Virus record (IMG/VR): IMGVR_UViG_3300031182_000006
Reading direction: 5' to 3' (one strand)
From: an uncultured virus (IMG/VR IMGVR_UViG_3300031182_000006)
Lineage: Duplodnaviria; Heunggongvirae; Uroviricota; Caudoviricetes
DNA length: 64,000 bases
Position numbers and translations under genes: made by a program. Positions 20,703-29,367 of this stretch are shown in pieces. The stretch's first letter is position 1. Each line of letters starts with the position of its first letter. Under the pieces are notes generated by a model, which worked only from the letters and a program-made list of their open reading frames with translations, was not told the origin of the DNA and did not search any database.

Positions 20703-22841
20703 GTGAAAGAAGTGAACGATTTAATTTATCATGGGTTAATTGGGAAAAAAATTGATTCTGTAGAGGTGCTAAATAATGAATTTATTGCTACAGATGACAA
20801 TGTGGAGCTGGCTAGTTCATATAATTTACCTAATACTGGACGCTCTGTCTCATTCTCTCCCGATGGTCAATATATAGCTGTAGGACATAGTGGTTCTCCT
20901 TATTTTACTCTATTAAAAAGAAATGGAGATAATGTAAAACTAGCTAGTAATTATATATTACCTAGTACTGGCTATGGTGTATCATTCTCTCCCGATGGTC
21001 AATATATAGCTGTAGCACATACTGCTTCTCCTAATTTTACTTTACTAAAAAGAAATGGAGATAATGTAGAATTAGCTAGTACTTATACATTACCTGGCAA
21101 TGGAAACTCTGTATCATTCTCTCCTGATGGTCAATATATAGCTGTAGGATATGATCTTTCTCCTCGTTTTACTTTACTAAAAAGAAATGGAGATAATGTA
21201 GAATTAGCTAGTAATTATATATTACCTGGTATTGGACGTTCTGTCTCATTCTCTCCCGATGGTCAATATATAGCTGTAGGGCATTATGCTTCTCCTTATT
21301 TTACTCTATTAAAAAGAAATGGAGATACTGTAGAACTAGCTAGTACTTATACATTACCTAGTGATGGCTTAGGTGTATCATTCTCTCCTGATGGTCAATA
21401 TATAGCTGTAGCACATAATGGTTCTCCTTATTTTACTTTACTAAAAAGAAATGGAGATAATGTAGAATTAGCTAGTACTTATACACTATCTAACTATGGC
21501 TTTGGTGTATCATTCTCTCCCGATGGTCAATATATAGCTGTAGGATATTATGGTTCTCCTTATTTTACTTTACTAAAAAGAAATGGAGATAATGTAGAAT
21601 TAGCTAGTACTTATACATTACCTGGCAATGGCACGGGTGTATCATTCTCTCCCGATGGTCAATATATAGCTGTAGGACATTTTAGTTCTCCTTATTTTAC
21701 TCTATTAAAAAGAAATGGAGTACAAGAAGCCATCGAAATTAAAACTAAAGTAAATGTTATTAAAGAAATTGATGGTCAGTTAAAAGAGGTTAAAAGTAAT
21801 AAGATATTTAGAGATGTAAAAGAATTAGTTTATAAGAATAATTATGAAAAAGTACTACTAGCTGATACTTATACATTACCCAATATCGCCACGGGTGTAT
21901 CATTTTCTCCCGATGGTCAATATATAGCTGTAGGACATTATGATTCTCCTTATTTTACTTTACTAAAAAGAAATGGAGATAATGTAGAATTAGCTAGTAA
22001 TTATACATTAACTGGTAATGCTGGAGGTGTATCATTCTCTCCTGATGGTAAATATATAGCTGTAGCATATTATGGTTCTCCTTATTTTACTCTATTAAAA
22101 AGAAATGGAGATAATGTAGAACTAGCTAGTACTTATACATTACCTAGTTATGGCCATGGTGTATTATTCTCTCCCGATGGTCAATATATAGCTGTAGCAC
22201 ATTGGGGTTCTCCTCATTTTACTTTACTAAAAAGAAATGGAGATAATGTAGAACTAGCTAGTAATTATACATTACCTGATATTGGCTTGAGAGTATCATT
22301 CTCTCCCGATGGTCAATATATAGCTGTAGGACATTATGGTTCTCCTTATTTTACTCTATTAAAAAGAAATGGAGATACTGTAGAACTAGCTAGTACTTAT
22401 ACATTACCTGGTGCTACCGAAAATGTATCATTCTCTCCCGATGGTCAATATATAGCTGTAGGATATTATGGTTCTCCTTATTTTACTCTATTAAAAAGAA
22501 ATGGGGATACTGTAGAATTAGCTAGTAATTATACATTACCTAATATTGGATACTCTGCCCCATTCTCTCCCGATGGTCAATATATAGCTGTAGCACATAA
22601 TGGTTCTCCTTATTTTACTTTACTAAAAAGAAATGGAGATAATGTAGAATTAGCTAGTACTTATACATTACCTGGTGATGGCTATAGTGTATCATTCTCT
22701 CCTGATGGTCAATATATAGCTGTAGGACATAATGGTTCTCCTTATTTTACTTTACTAAAAGCAGGAGGAACTTTTTCAAAAACCCCTCCAATCTTTATTG
22801 AATATAGAGGTAAAAGATATAAGATGCGTACAATTAATTGA
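20703..22841 (+). CDS. tandem 7+7-blade beta-propeller protein A, putative receptor-binding protein
   Basis: 14 copies of a 44-aa WD40-like repeat (SFSPDGQYIAV), split 7+7 by a ~40-aa linker. Confidence 0.85.
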   Translation: MKEVNDLIYHGLIGKKIDSVEVLNNEFIATDDNVELASSYNLPNTGRSVSFSPDGQYIAVGHSGSPYFTLLKRNGDNVKLASNYILPSTGYGVSFSPDGQYIAVAHTASPNFTLLKRNGDNVELASTYTLPGNGNSVSFSPDGQYIAVGYDLSPRFTLLKRNGDNVELASNYILPGIGRSVSFSPDGQYIAVGHYASPYFTLLKRNGDTVELASTYTLPSDGLGVSFSPDGQYIAVAHNGSPYFTLLKRNGDNVELASTYTLSNYGFGVSFSPDGQYIAVGYYGSPYFTLLKRNGDNVELASTYTLPGNGTGVSFSPDGQYIAVGHFSSPYFTLLKRNGVQEAIEIKTKVNVIKEIDGQLKEVKSNKIFRDVKELVYKNNYEKVLLADTYTLPNIATGVSFSPDGQYIAVGHYDSPYFTLLKRNGDNVELASNYTLTGNAGGVSFSPDGKYIAVAYYGSPYFTLLKRNGDNVELASTYTLPSYGHGVLFSPDGQYIAVAHWGSPHFTLLKRNGDNVELASNYTLPDIGLRVSFSPDGQYIAVGHYGSPYFTLLKRNGDTVELASTYTLPGATENVSFSPDGQYIAVGYYGSPYFTLLKRNGDTVELASNYTLPNIGYSAPFSPDGQYIAVAHNGSPYFTLLKRNGDNVELASTYTLPGDGYSVSFSPDGQYIAVGHNGSPYFTLLKAGGTFSKTPPIFIEYRGKRYKMRTIN

Positions 22842-25203
22842 TATGGGGATTTAAAATAAAAGATTTATATTTACATGAAATAATAAAAAGACATGCTTCA
22901 GCAAAAATACTAAAAAAAAATAAATTCAATTATACTGATGATGGACTAAATCTTATAAGATCATATATTTCATCATATATTGTATATGATGTGTCATTTC
23001 CCCCTTTGGTCAATTTATTCACGGTTCGTGACACGCTTTTCACCTTATTAAAGGCTAGTGATATATTTAAATCAAACCCCTTCCCAACTATTGTCGAATG
23101 TAGAGGGAGAAAATATAGAGTTAGGGAAAAATCTTAATAAAGGAGGTAAGTAATTTGGAAGAGCTTTATTTTCACGAATTGCTACGACAAGGCGTTTCAG
23201 TAAATATTCTAAATAATAAATTTATTGCTACAGATGACAATGTGGAGCCGGCTAGTTCATATAAATTGCCTAACTATGGCTATAGTGTTTCATTCTCTCC
23301 CGATGGTCAATATATAGCTGTAGGACATGTTGGTTCTCCTCGTTTTACTTTACTAAAAAGAAATGGAGATAATGTAGAATTAGCTAGTACTTATACATTA
23401 TCCGATACTGGACGCTCTATCTCATTCTCTCCCGATGGTCAATATATAGCTATAGGACATAGCGGTTCTCCTGGTTTTACTTTACTAAAAAGAAATGGAG
23501 ATAATGTAGAACTAGCTACTAAATATACATTACCTGATGTTGGATATGGTACGGCATTCTCTCCCGATGGTCAATATATAGCTGTGGGACATAATGGTTC
23601 TCCTTATTTTACTCTATTAAAAAGAAATGGAGATAATGTAGAACTAGCTAGTACTTATACATTATCCGCTACTGGACGTTCTGTCTCATTCTCTCCCGAT
23701 GGTCAATATATAGCTGTAGCACATGCTGGTTCTCCTCGTTTTACTTTACTAAAAAGAAATGGAGATAATGTAGAACTAGCTAGTACTTATACATTACCTA
23801 GTGATAGCTTTGATGCATCATTCTCTCCTGATGGTCAATATATAGCTGTAGCACATTATGTTTCTCCTCATTTTACTCTATTAAAAAGAAATGGAGATAA
23901 TGTAGAACTAGCTAGTACTTATACATTACCTAGTACTGGCTTGGGTGTATCATTCTCTCCCGATGGTCGATATATAGCTGTAGCACATTATGGTTCTCCT
24001 TATTTTACTTTACTAAAAAGAAATGGAGATAATGTAGAACTAGCTAGTACTTATACATTACCTAGTGTCGCCATGGATGTATCATTCTCTCCCGATGGTC
24101 AATATATAGCTGTAGGATATATTAATTCTCCTCCTTATTTTACTCTATTAAAAAGAAATGGAGTACAAGAAGCCATCGAAATTAAAACTAAAGTAAATGT
24201 TATTAAAGAAATTGATGGTCAGTTAGAAGAGGTTAAAGGTAATAAGATATTTAGAGATGTAAAAGAATTAGTTTATAAGAATAATTATGAAAAAGTATTA
24301 CTAGCTAGTACTTATACATTACCTTTTACTAGCTTGGATGTATCATTCTCTCCCGATGGTCAATATATAGCTGTAGAACATAATAGTTCTCCTTATTTTA
24401 CTTTACTAAAAAGAAATGGAGATAATGTAGAACTAGCTAGTACTTATACATTACCTGGTGGTGCCGAAGGTATATCATTCTCTCCCGATGGCAAATATAT
24501 AGCTGTAGCACATTATGGTTCTCCTTATTTTACTTTACTAAAAAGAAATGGAGATAATGTAGAATTAGCTAGTACTTATACATTATCTGACGGTGGCTAT
24601 GGTGTATCATTCTCTCCCGATGGTCAATATATAGCTGTAGGACATCATGGTTCTCCTTATTTTACTCTATTAAAAAGAAATGGAGATAATGTAGAACTAG
24701 CTAGTAATTATACATTACCTAGTAATGGCTTGGGTGTATCATTTTCTCCCGATGGTCAATATATAGCTGTAGGATATAATGGTTTTCCTTATTTTACTTT
24801 ACTAAAAAGAAATGGAGATAATGTAGAATTAGCTAGTACTTATACATTACCTGGTACTAGCTATGGTGTATCATTCTCTCCCGATGGTCAATATATAGCA
24901 GTGGGACATTTTGGTTCTCCTTATTTTACTCTATTAAAAAGAAATGGAGATAATGTAGAATTAGCTAGTACTTATACATTACCTGGTAATGCCGAAGATG
25001 TATCATTCTCTCCCGATGGTCAATATATAGCTGTAGGACATTGGGGTTCTCCTTGTTTTACTCTATTAAAAAGAAATGGAGATAATGTAGAACTAGCTAG
25101 TAATTATACATTACCTGGTACTAGCTATGGTGTATCATTCTCTCCCGATGGTCAATATATAGCAGTGGGACATAGCGATTCTCCTTATTTTACCCTATTA
25201 AAA
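20796..25203 (+). repeat. 28 coding tandem repeats of about 132 bp in four arrays of seven
   Basis: near-invariant tcattctctcccgatggtcaatatatagctgtag and ctaaaaagaaatggagataatgtagaa frameworks. Confidence 0.95.
22838..23137 (+). CDS. collapsed paralog of the propeller genes
   Basis: shares LYxHE..NKF..TDD start, FTLLKA, and ExRGxxY end, with one degenerate blade. Confidence 0.65.
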   Translation: MIWGFKIKDLYLHEIIKRHASAKILKKNKFNYTDDGLNLIRSYISSYIVYDVSFPPLVNLFTVRDTLFTLLKASDIFKSNPFPTIVECRGRKYRVREKS

Positions 25204-25278
25204 GCAGGAGGAACTTTTTCATCACAAAATCCTATTATTATAAAATATAGAGATGTCGAATACGAACTTGTGTGGTAA
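23155..25278 (+). CDS. tandem 7+7-blade beta-propeller protein B, putative receptor-binding protein
   Basis: same architecture and near-identical linker as 20703..22841; AAGGAGG RBS. Confidence 0.85.
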   Translation: MEELYFHELLRQGVSVNILNNKFIATDDNVEPASSYKLPNYGYSVSFSPDGQYIAVGHVGSPRFTLLKRNGDNVELASTYTLSDTGRSISFSPDGQYIAIGHSGSPGFTLLKRNGDNVELATKYTLPDVGYGTAFSPDGQYIAVGHNGSPYFTLLKRNGDNVELASTYTLSATGRSVSFSPDGQYIAVAHAGSPRFTLLKRNGDNVELASTYTLPSDSFDASFSPDGQYIAVAHYVSPHFTLLKRNGDNVELASTYTLPSTGLGVSFSPDGRYIAVAHYGSPYFTLLKRNGDNVELASTYTLPSVAMDVSFSPDGQYIAVGYINSPPYFTLLKRNGVQEAIEIKTKVNVIKEIDGQLEEVKGNKIFRDVKELVYKNNYEKVLLASTYTLPFTSLDVSFSPDGQYIAVEHNSSPYFTLLKRNGDNVELASTYTLPGGAEGISFSPDGKYIAVAHYGSPYFTLLKRNGDNVELASTYTLSDGGYGVSFSPDGQYIAVGHHGSPYFTLLKRNGDNVELASNYTLPSNGLGVSFSPDGQYIAVGYNGFPYFTLLKRNGDNVELASTYTLPGTSYGVSFSPDGQYIAVGHFGSPYFTLLKRNGDNVELASTYTLPGNAEDVSFSPDGQYIAVGHWGSPCFTLLKRNGDNVELASNYTLPGTSYGVSFSPDGQYIAVGHSDSPYFTLLKAGGTFSSQNPIIIKYRDVEYELVW

Positions 25279-25355
25279 AAAAATACTACATCTACATTTT
25301 AATAAATAAATTATAAAAAAACATCTATTAAAATCTAAATGGGAGGTATACATTT

Positions 25356-25655
25356 ATGCCAATCGTAAGTGGTGAACAAATCGCCCCTGATAAAATCCGG
25401 GTGAGGTCGATAACTTATACAACGAACACTCCACCGAACGACAATTGGTATTCGGTTCCATCAGTACCCGAATGGCCAGAGGTTGAAATCGGGAAGCGAC
25501 CTGAGATGTATTTTAATCCACAGACAAAGGAGTTCAGCTTTGAGATTGTTGATGCTCCTTTGACTCCGGAACAAGAAAAAGATCTCGAAATTCAACGTCT
25601 GAACCAGCTTCTTGACGATGCTACAAGCTTATTATTAGAAAACGAGGTGTTGTAA
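25356..25655 (+). CDS. putative tail fibre assembly chaperone
   Basis: small protein after fibre genes, MYFNPQTKEF motif, C-terminal coiled coil. Confidence 0.6.
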   Translation: MPIVSGEQIAPDKIRVRSITYTTNTPPNDNWYSVPSVPEWPEVEIGKRPEMYFNPQTKEFSFEIVDAPLTPEQEKDLEIQRLNQLLDDATSLLLENEVL

Positions 25656-25656
25656 T

Positions 25657-25788
25657 ATGAGCGGAATTGATCAAAGAAAGCTTAATCTTTACAAGTGGAT
25701 GCTGGAAAAGGGTAAAATTCAGTACAACGAAATTCCAGAGAATTATCGTAGCCAGATCAATCCTCCGCAGGAACAGTCTGAGGAGTAA
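25657..25788 (+). CDS. small tail-associated protein (43 aa, not in ORF track)
   Basis: MSGIDQRKLNLYKWMLEKGKIQYNEIPENYRSQI..., GAGGTG RBS, terminator near 25793-25826. Confidence 0.7.
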   Translation: MSGIDQRKLNLYKWMLEKGKIQYNEIPENYRSQINPPQEQSEE

Positions 25789-25864
25789 TAAACAAACGCT
25801 GCAAGGAACTATCCTTGCAGCGTTTTTACTGCTTTTTTCACAAAAAAATAAAGAGCAAGAGGTG

Positions 25865-27994
25865 TTATTTCCTCTTGCTCTTCAGAGACATAATCGGCAT
25901 ACTGCGTAATTTGAAACTCTTGACAGCCTGCTCCATAAAATACTCTTGGACATTGAATGGAACAGGACTTTTCAAAAGTTCGTACTGATTGTCTTTATTG
26001 AGAATGTAGGTGTTGAATGTGTCGCGGAAATACATTTTCAAAATAGACAAGAGTTTATTTCTGGAATTTTCGTCCGTAATCGGAACCAGAAGTTCAACCC
26101 GTCTGTCCAAATTCCGCGTCAACATATCAGCACTTGAAATGAAAATATCTGACTTTCCATTATTGTAGAAGAAGTAAATTCTACTATGCTCTAGAAATCT
26201 ACCAACAACACTCTTGATGCTGATGTTCGAATTGATTTTCTTCATCGAGCATATACCTCTACAGATAATGGATATCTTGACACCCTGCTCAGAGGCCTCA
26301 TACAGCTTCTTGATAATACCCAGATCAGAAAGGGAGTTAAGCTTCAACGTAATGAAAGCTTGTCTACCCTTTTGAGCATTCTCGATCTCTCGATCGATAA
26401 GCTGATACAATCTCAATCTCAGATTGTACGGAGCATAGAAAATTTTGCTCACTTCGTCTCTGGGATCGGAGAAACCTGACAAGACATTAAATATCGTCAA
26501 CAGGTCATCCGCTATTTTGCTGCTGGATGTGAAGTAGGAAATATCGGTATAGATTGACGCAGTCTTGTCGTTGTAATTTCCTGTACCGATATGGCAATAC
26601 GTTTTGAGATTTTTCTTTCCTTTCCTCACAACCAATATAAATTTACAATGTGTTTTCAACTCCTCAATACCATAGATCAATTTACAGCCGGATACTTTTA
26701 GTTTTTCTATCAACGACATATTTCTATTCTCATCAAACCTTGCTTTAATTTCGAGAAGAACACTTACCTGCTTTCCTCTTTCAGCAGCCCTACACAACGC
26801 CTCGACAATCGGGGACTCCGCAGAAGATACTCTATACAGAGTCAATTTGATTGCCAAGACATCATTATCCTCGGCCGCATGTTCGAGGAATTTGATAACC
26901 GGTGTGAACGACTCGTAAGGGTGATGAAGAATGAGATCGCCGTTGTCGATAGCAGTAAACATATCGTGCTCGCCGATCAGATCTTCTGGATACTGAGGGT
27001 TGAACGGGTCGTACTCGTAAGCCGCATTTCTTATCGGCTTACTTAAGAGAAACGACATGTCTACGATGTTTTCACATTTAAACACTTGCCTCTTGTCAAT
27101 GTCGAAGATTTTGGTCAGAAGTTTGAGGGTTTCCTTAGGAACATCACTGTCGATATCCATGAAGATGGGTTTACTAAACTCCCGTTTAATGAGAGTTTCC
27201 CTCATTCGGTCGACAATATAAATATCCCGTCTTCCCTCAATTTCAATATCCGCCTCACGAATGATTCTCATACATCCCCTATAGATGATACTCTTGTTGA
27301 TAAATACCTTGTGGAGAAAATTAAAGATAATATCCTCCAACAAGATATATCGTTCTTCATCGCTCTCGTCAGTCTCAATCTTGTACAAACGATCAAGACC
27401 ATGGAGTGGGATGATGGACATTACATTCAGATTTGGATTTTTCTTGTCCCCTAGAGAAGCTATTATGCATAGCTGCTTAGATTTAATAAGGGGAAATTCT
27501 TTGGTTGAGTCAAAGGTGATCGGGGTCAGCAACGGATAAATGTTTCTTTCGAAAAGCTTTCTTACATAATCAACTTCCTTTTCACTGAGATGCTTGAACT
27601 TACAAATCGTGAAATTGTTTTTACGCAGTTTCTTTCTCAGTTTTTCAAAGCTTTCTTGCTGGATTTCTTTGAAAGAAATAATTTCCCGGAGCAAGAGTTC
27701 ATATTCTTGCTCCGGGAGAAGACCAGCAATATCCGTTTCTGTATACCCCAATCTGAGTTTATTAAGGATAGATGAAAATCTAACCATAATAAACTCATCC
27801 AGGTTCGATTCCGTGATACCCAAGAACTTAAGTCTCTCCAAAAGAGGAACCTCAGTTCTCATAGTTTGATGGAGAACCCTTTTATTGAACTCCATCCAAC
27901 TCAATTCACGATTCATATAGAATCCTGGATTATTAAACTTTGACCTAATCCTATCTCTTTCAACGTCGAAGAGATCACTAAGATTGTTAGTCAT
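25865..27994 (-). CDS. ppk1: polyphosphate kinase 1
   Basis: NRELSW, SNLDEF, HHPYESF, TLYR, KARFDE, KTHCK, GTGNYN, GRFLEHSR, RNLDRRVE; full length 709 aa. Confidence 0.95.
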   Translation of the reverse strand: MTNNLSDLFDVERDRIRSKFNNPGFYMNRELSWMEFNKRVLHQTMRTEVPLLERLKFLGITESNLDEFIMVRFSSILNKLRLGYTETDIAGLLPEQEYELLLREIISFKEIQQESFEKLRKKLRKNNFTICKFKHLSEKEVDYVRKLFERNIYPLLTPITFDSTKEFPLIKSKQLCIIASLGDKKNPNLNVMSIIPLHGLDRLYKIETDESDEERYILLEDIIFNFLHKVFINKSIIYRGCMRIIREADIEIEGRRDIYIVDRMRETLIKREFSKPIFMDIDSDVPKETLKLLTKIFDIDKRQVFKCENIVDMSFLLSKPIRNAAYEYDPFNPQYPEDLIGEHDMFTAIDNGDLILHHPYESFTPVIKFLEHAAEDNDVLAIKLTLYRVSSAESPIVEALCRAAERGKQVSVLLEIKARFDENRNMSLIEKLKVSGCKLIYGIEELKTHCKFILVVRKGKKNLKTYCHIGTGNYNDKTASIYTDISYFTSSSKIADDLLTIFNVLSGFSDPRDEVSKIFYAPYNLRLRLYQLIDREIENAQKGRQAFITLKLNSLSDLGIIKKLYEASEQGVKISIICRGICSMKKINSNISIKSVVGRFLEHSRIYFFYNNGKSDIFISSADMLTRNLDRRVELLVPITDENSRNKLLSILKMYFRDTFNTYILNKDNQYELLKSPVPFNVQEYFMEQAVKSFKLRSMPIMSLKSKRK

Positions 27995-28066
27995 TATTTT
28001 TTACCTCCACAAGGTTCGAATCTTATTACGCTAATAATATATATTTTAACCTACTTTTATTATTTA

Positions 28067-28696
28067 TTACCAATATGCTATTTCATTTCTCCACTCAGGA
28101 AATTCTTCGGTTAAAATTCTTTCTGCCTCCATACATAATCCTTCGTAGAGTTTATCCATCATTGTGTCCCAATTAAATACCAATGTTTGTACTTCATCAT
28201 ATGGAAGAATTTTCGCTATATCAATCTCAAAAGACGTCTCAATTGACTTTTTACCAGCATCAGTAAAATGCATAATGACTCTAGGGATAGCACCATCTTT
28301 CCGTATAATTTCCAACTGATAATTAAACCTTTTAAGAAATTTTATGCTGTTTTCTTTTGTGTTGATTTCAGCCCTAATTCTTCCAAAAGCATCAACCAAT
28401 TCCTCAGTATGTTTACCAGTTTTAACATGAATCCATCTTTCAGGTAATAGCACTTCGGCAGTCTTATTATTTAAGGAAAGCACTTTAAAATCGTTCATTA
28501 TTAATATAGTAAAAAATCTCTCATTTGCTGGTTGACTAGGAATTACAGTTTTAAAGTTCAATATATGCCTATTCTCCATTCTATTGAAAGCAATCTCATA
28601 ACTGCCCAATATTTTAAGAGTTTCTTCTTTCATAGTTTTTATACCTCCAATTTCCATTTGGAAAAATAAAAAAAAAATAGATATGTATTCACTCAT
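28067..28696 (-). CDS. hypothetical protein, paralog of 28714..29268
   Basis: LPExW motif and FPEWRNEIAYW C-terminus. Confidence 0.65.
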   Translation of the reverse strand: MSEYISIFFLFFQMEIGGIKTMKEETLKILGSYEIAFNRMENRHILNFKTVIPSQPANERFFTILIMNDFKVLSLNNKTAEVLLPERWIHVKTGKHTEELVDAFGRIRAEINTKENSIKFLKRFNYQLEIIRKDGAIPRVIMHFTDAGKKSIETSFEIDIAKILPYDEVQTLVFNWDTMMDKLYEGLCMEAERILTEEFPEWRNEIAYW

Positions 28697-28713
28697 ACAT
28701 ATCTAACTAATTA

Positions 28714-29268
28714 TTATTTCCAATATTTTAATGGATTTTTCCAATTGGGATATTTTACATTCATTATACCCTCCGCGTGTATCTTAAGGGAATTCATGAA
28801 ATTTGCTCCTCTGTTGGCATTAATATTATACGAATATGCTTTAAAATTGATAAGATCATTAAGGGAAATAGACTCTAAGCAAGTATTGTTATCACAATTT
28901 ATACTAATGATTTTCATCATAATATTAGTAGGTTCCACTGTTTTTCTATCTTTATCATAAGTGTAATCTACTATGATTCTATAGCTATAGTATGGTAAAA
29001 TCTTTACCTGACGTCTTTTATGCTCAATGAGTAATCTCGGTCTACCTTCATTATCTAAAATACAATCCTCATAATCAGTGATTTTGCTATATGTCCACCC
29101 GTCGGGAAGACCCAAATATACACCCAAGTTATATTTACCAAGTACATTAAAACCATTGTCGATGATAAATTTATCAAATGACCCAGAATCTACGACCATT
29201 TCATCTGAGCCAAATATTATGTAGTTAGGTATATTTATCCTTTGTTCGTCTCCTGATAAAGTATTCAT
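28714..29268 (-). CDS. hypothetical protein
   Basis: LPDGW motif and YPNWKNPLKYW C-terminus. Confidence 0.65.
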   Translation of the reverse strand: MNTLSGDEQRINIPNYIIFGSDEMVVDSGSFDKFIIDNGFNVLGKYNLGVYLGLPDGWTYSKITDYEDCILDNEGRPRLLIEHKRRQVKILPYYSYRIIVDYTYDKDRKTVEPTNIMMKIISINCDNNTCLESISLNDLINFKAYSYNINANRGANFMNSLKIHAEGIMNVKYPNWKNPLKYWK

Positions 29269-29367
29269 GAAGCGCTATCTCCTTCCGGAAAATACCCTAT
29301 TAGTTTTCTGTAATTTAAAAAATAAAAATATACGTGCTAGCTTATGGACGCGCTAGCACGTATATTT

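Noticed and set aside
20796..25203. CRISPR array suggested by constant repeats with variable inserts
   Set aside because: Repeats are in-frame 132-bp coding units with variable parts of only 9-15 nt, and no cas genes are present
16222..25278. Invertase shufflon or complete DGR
   Set aside because: No recombinase, inverted cassettes, reverse transcriptase or template repeat in the window
25667..25909. 80-aa ORF in the track
   Set aside because: Crosses a terminator and overlaps ppk1; the 43-aa ORF 25657..25788 in another frame has the RBS
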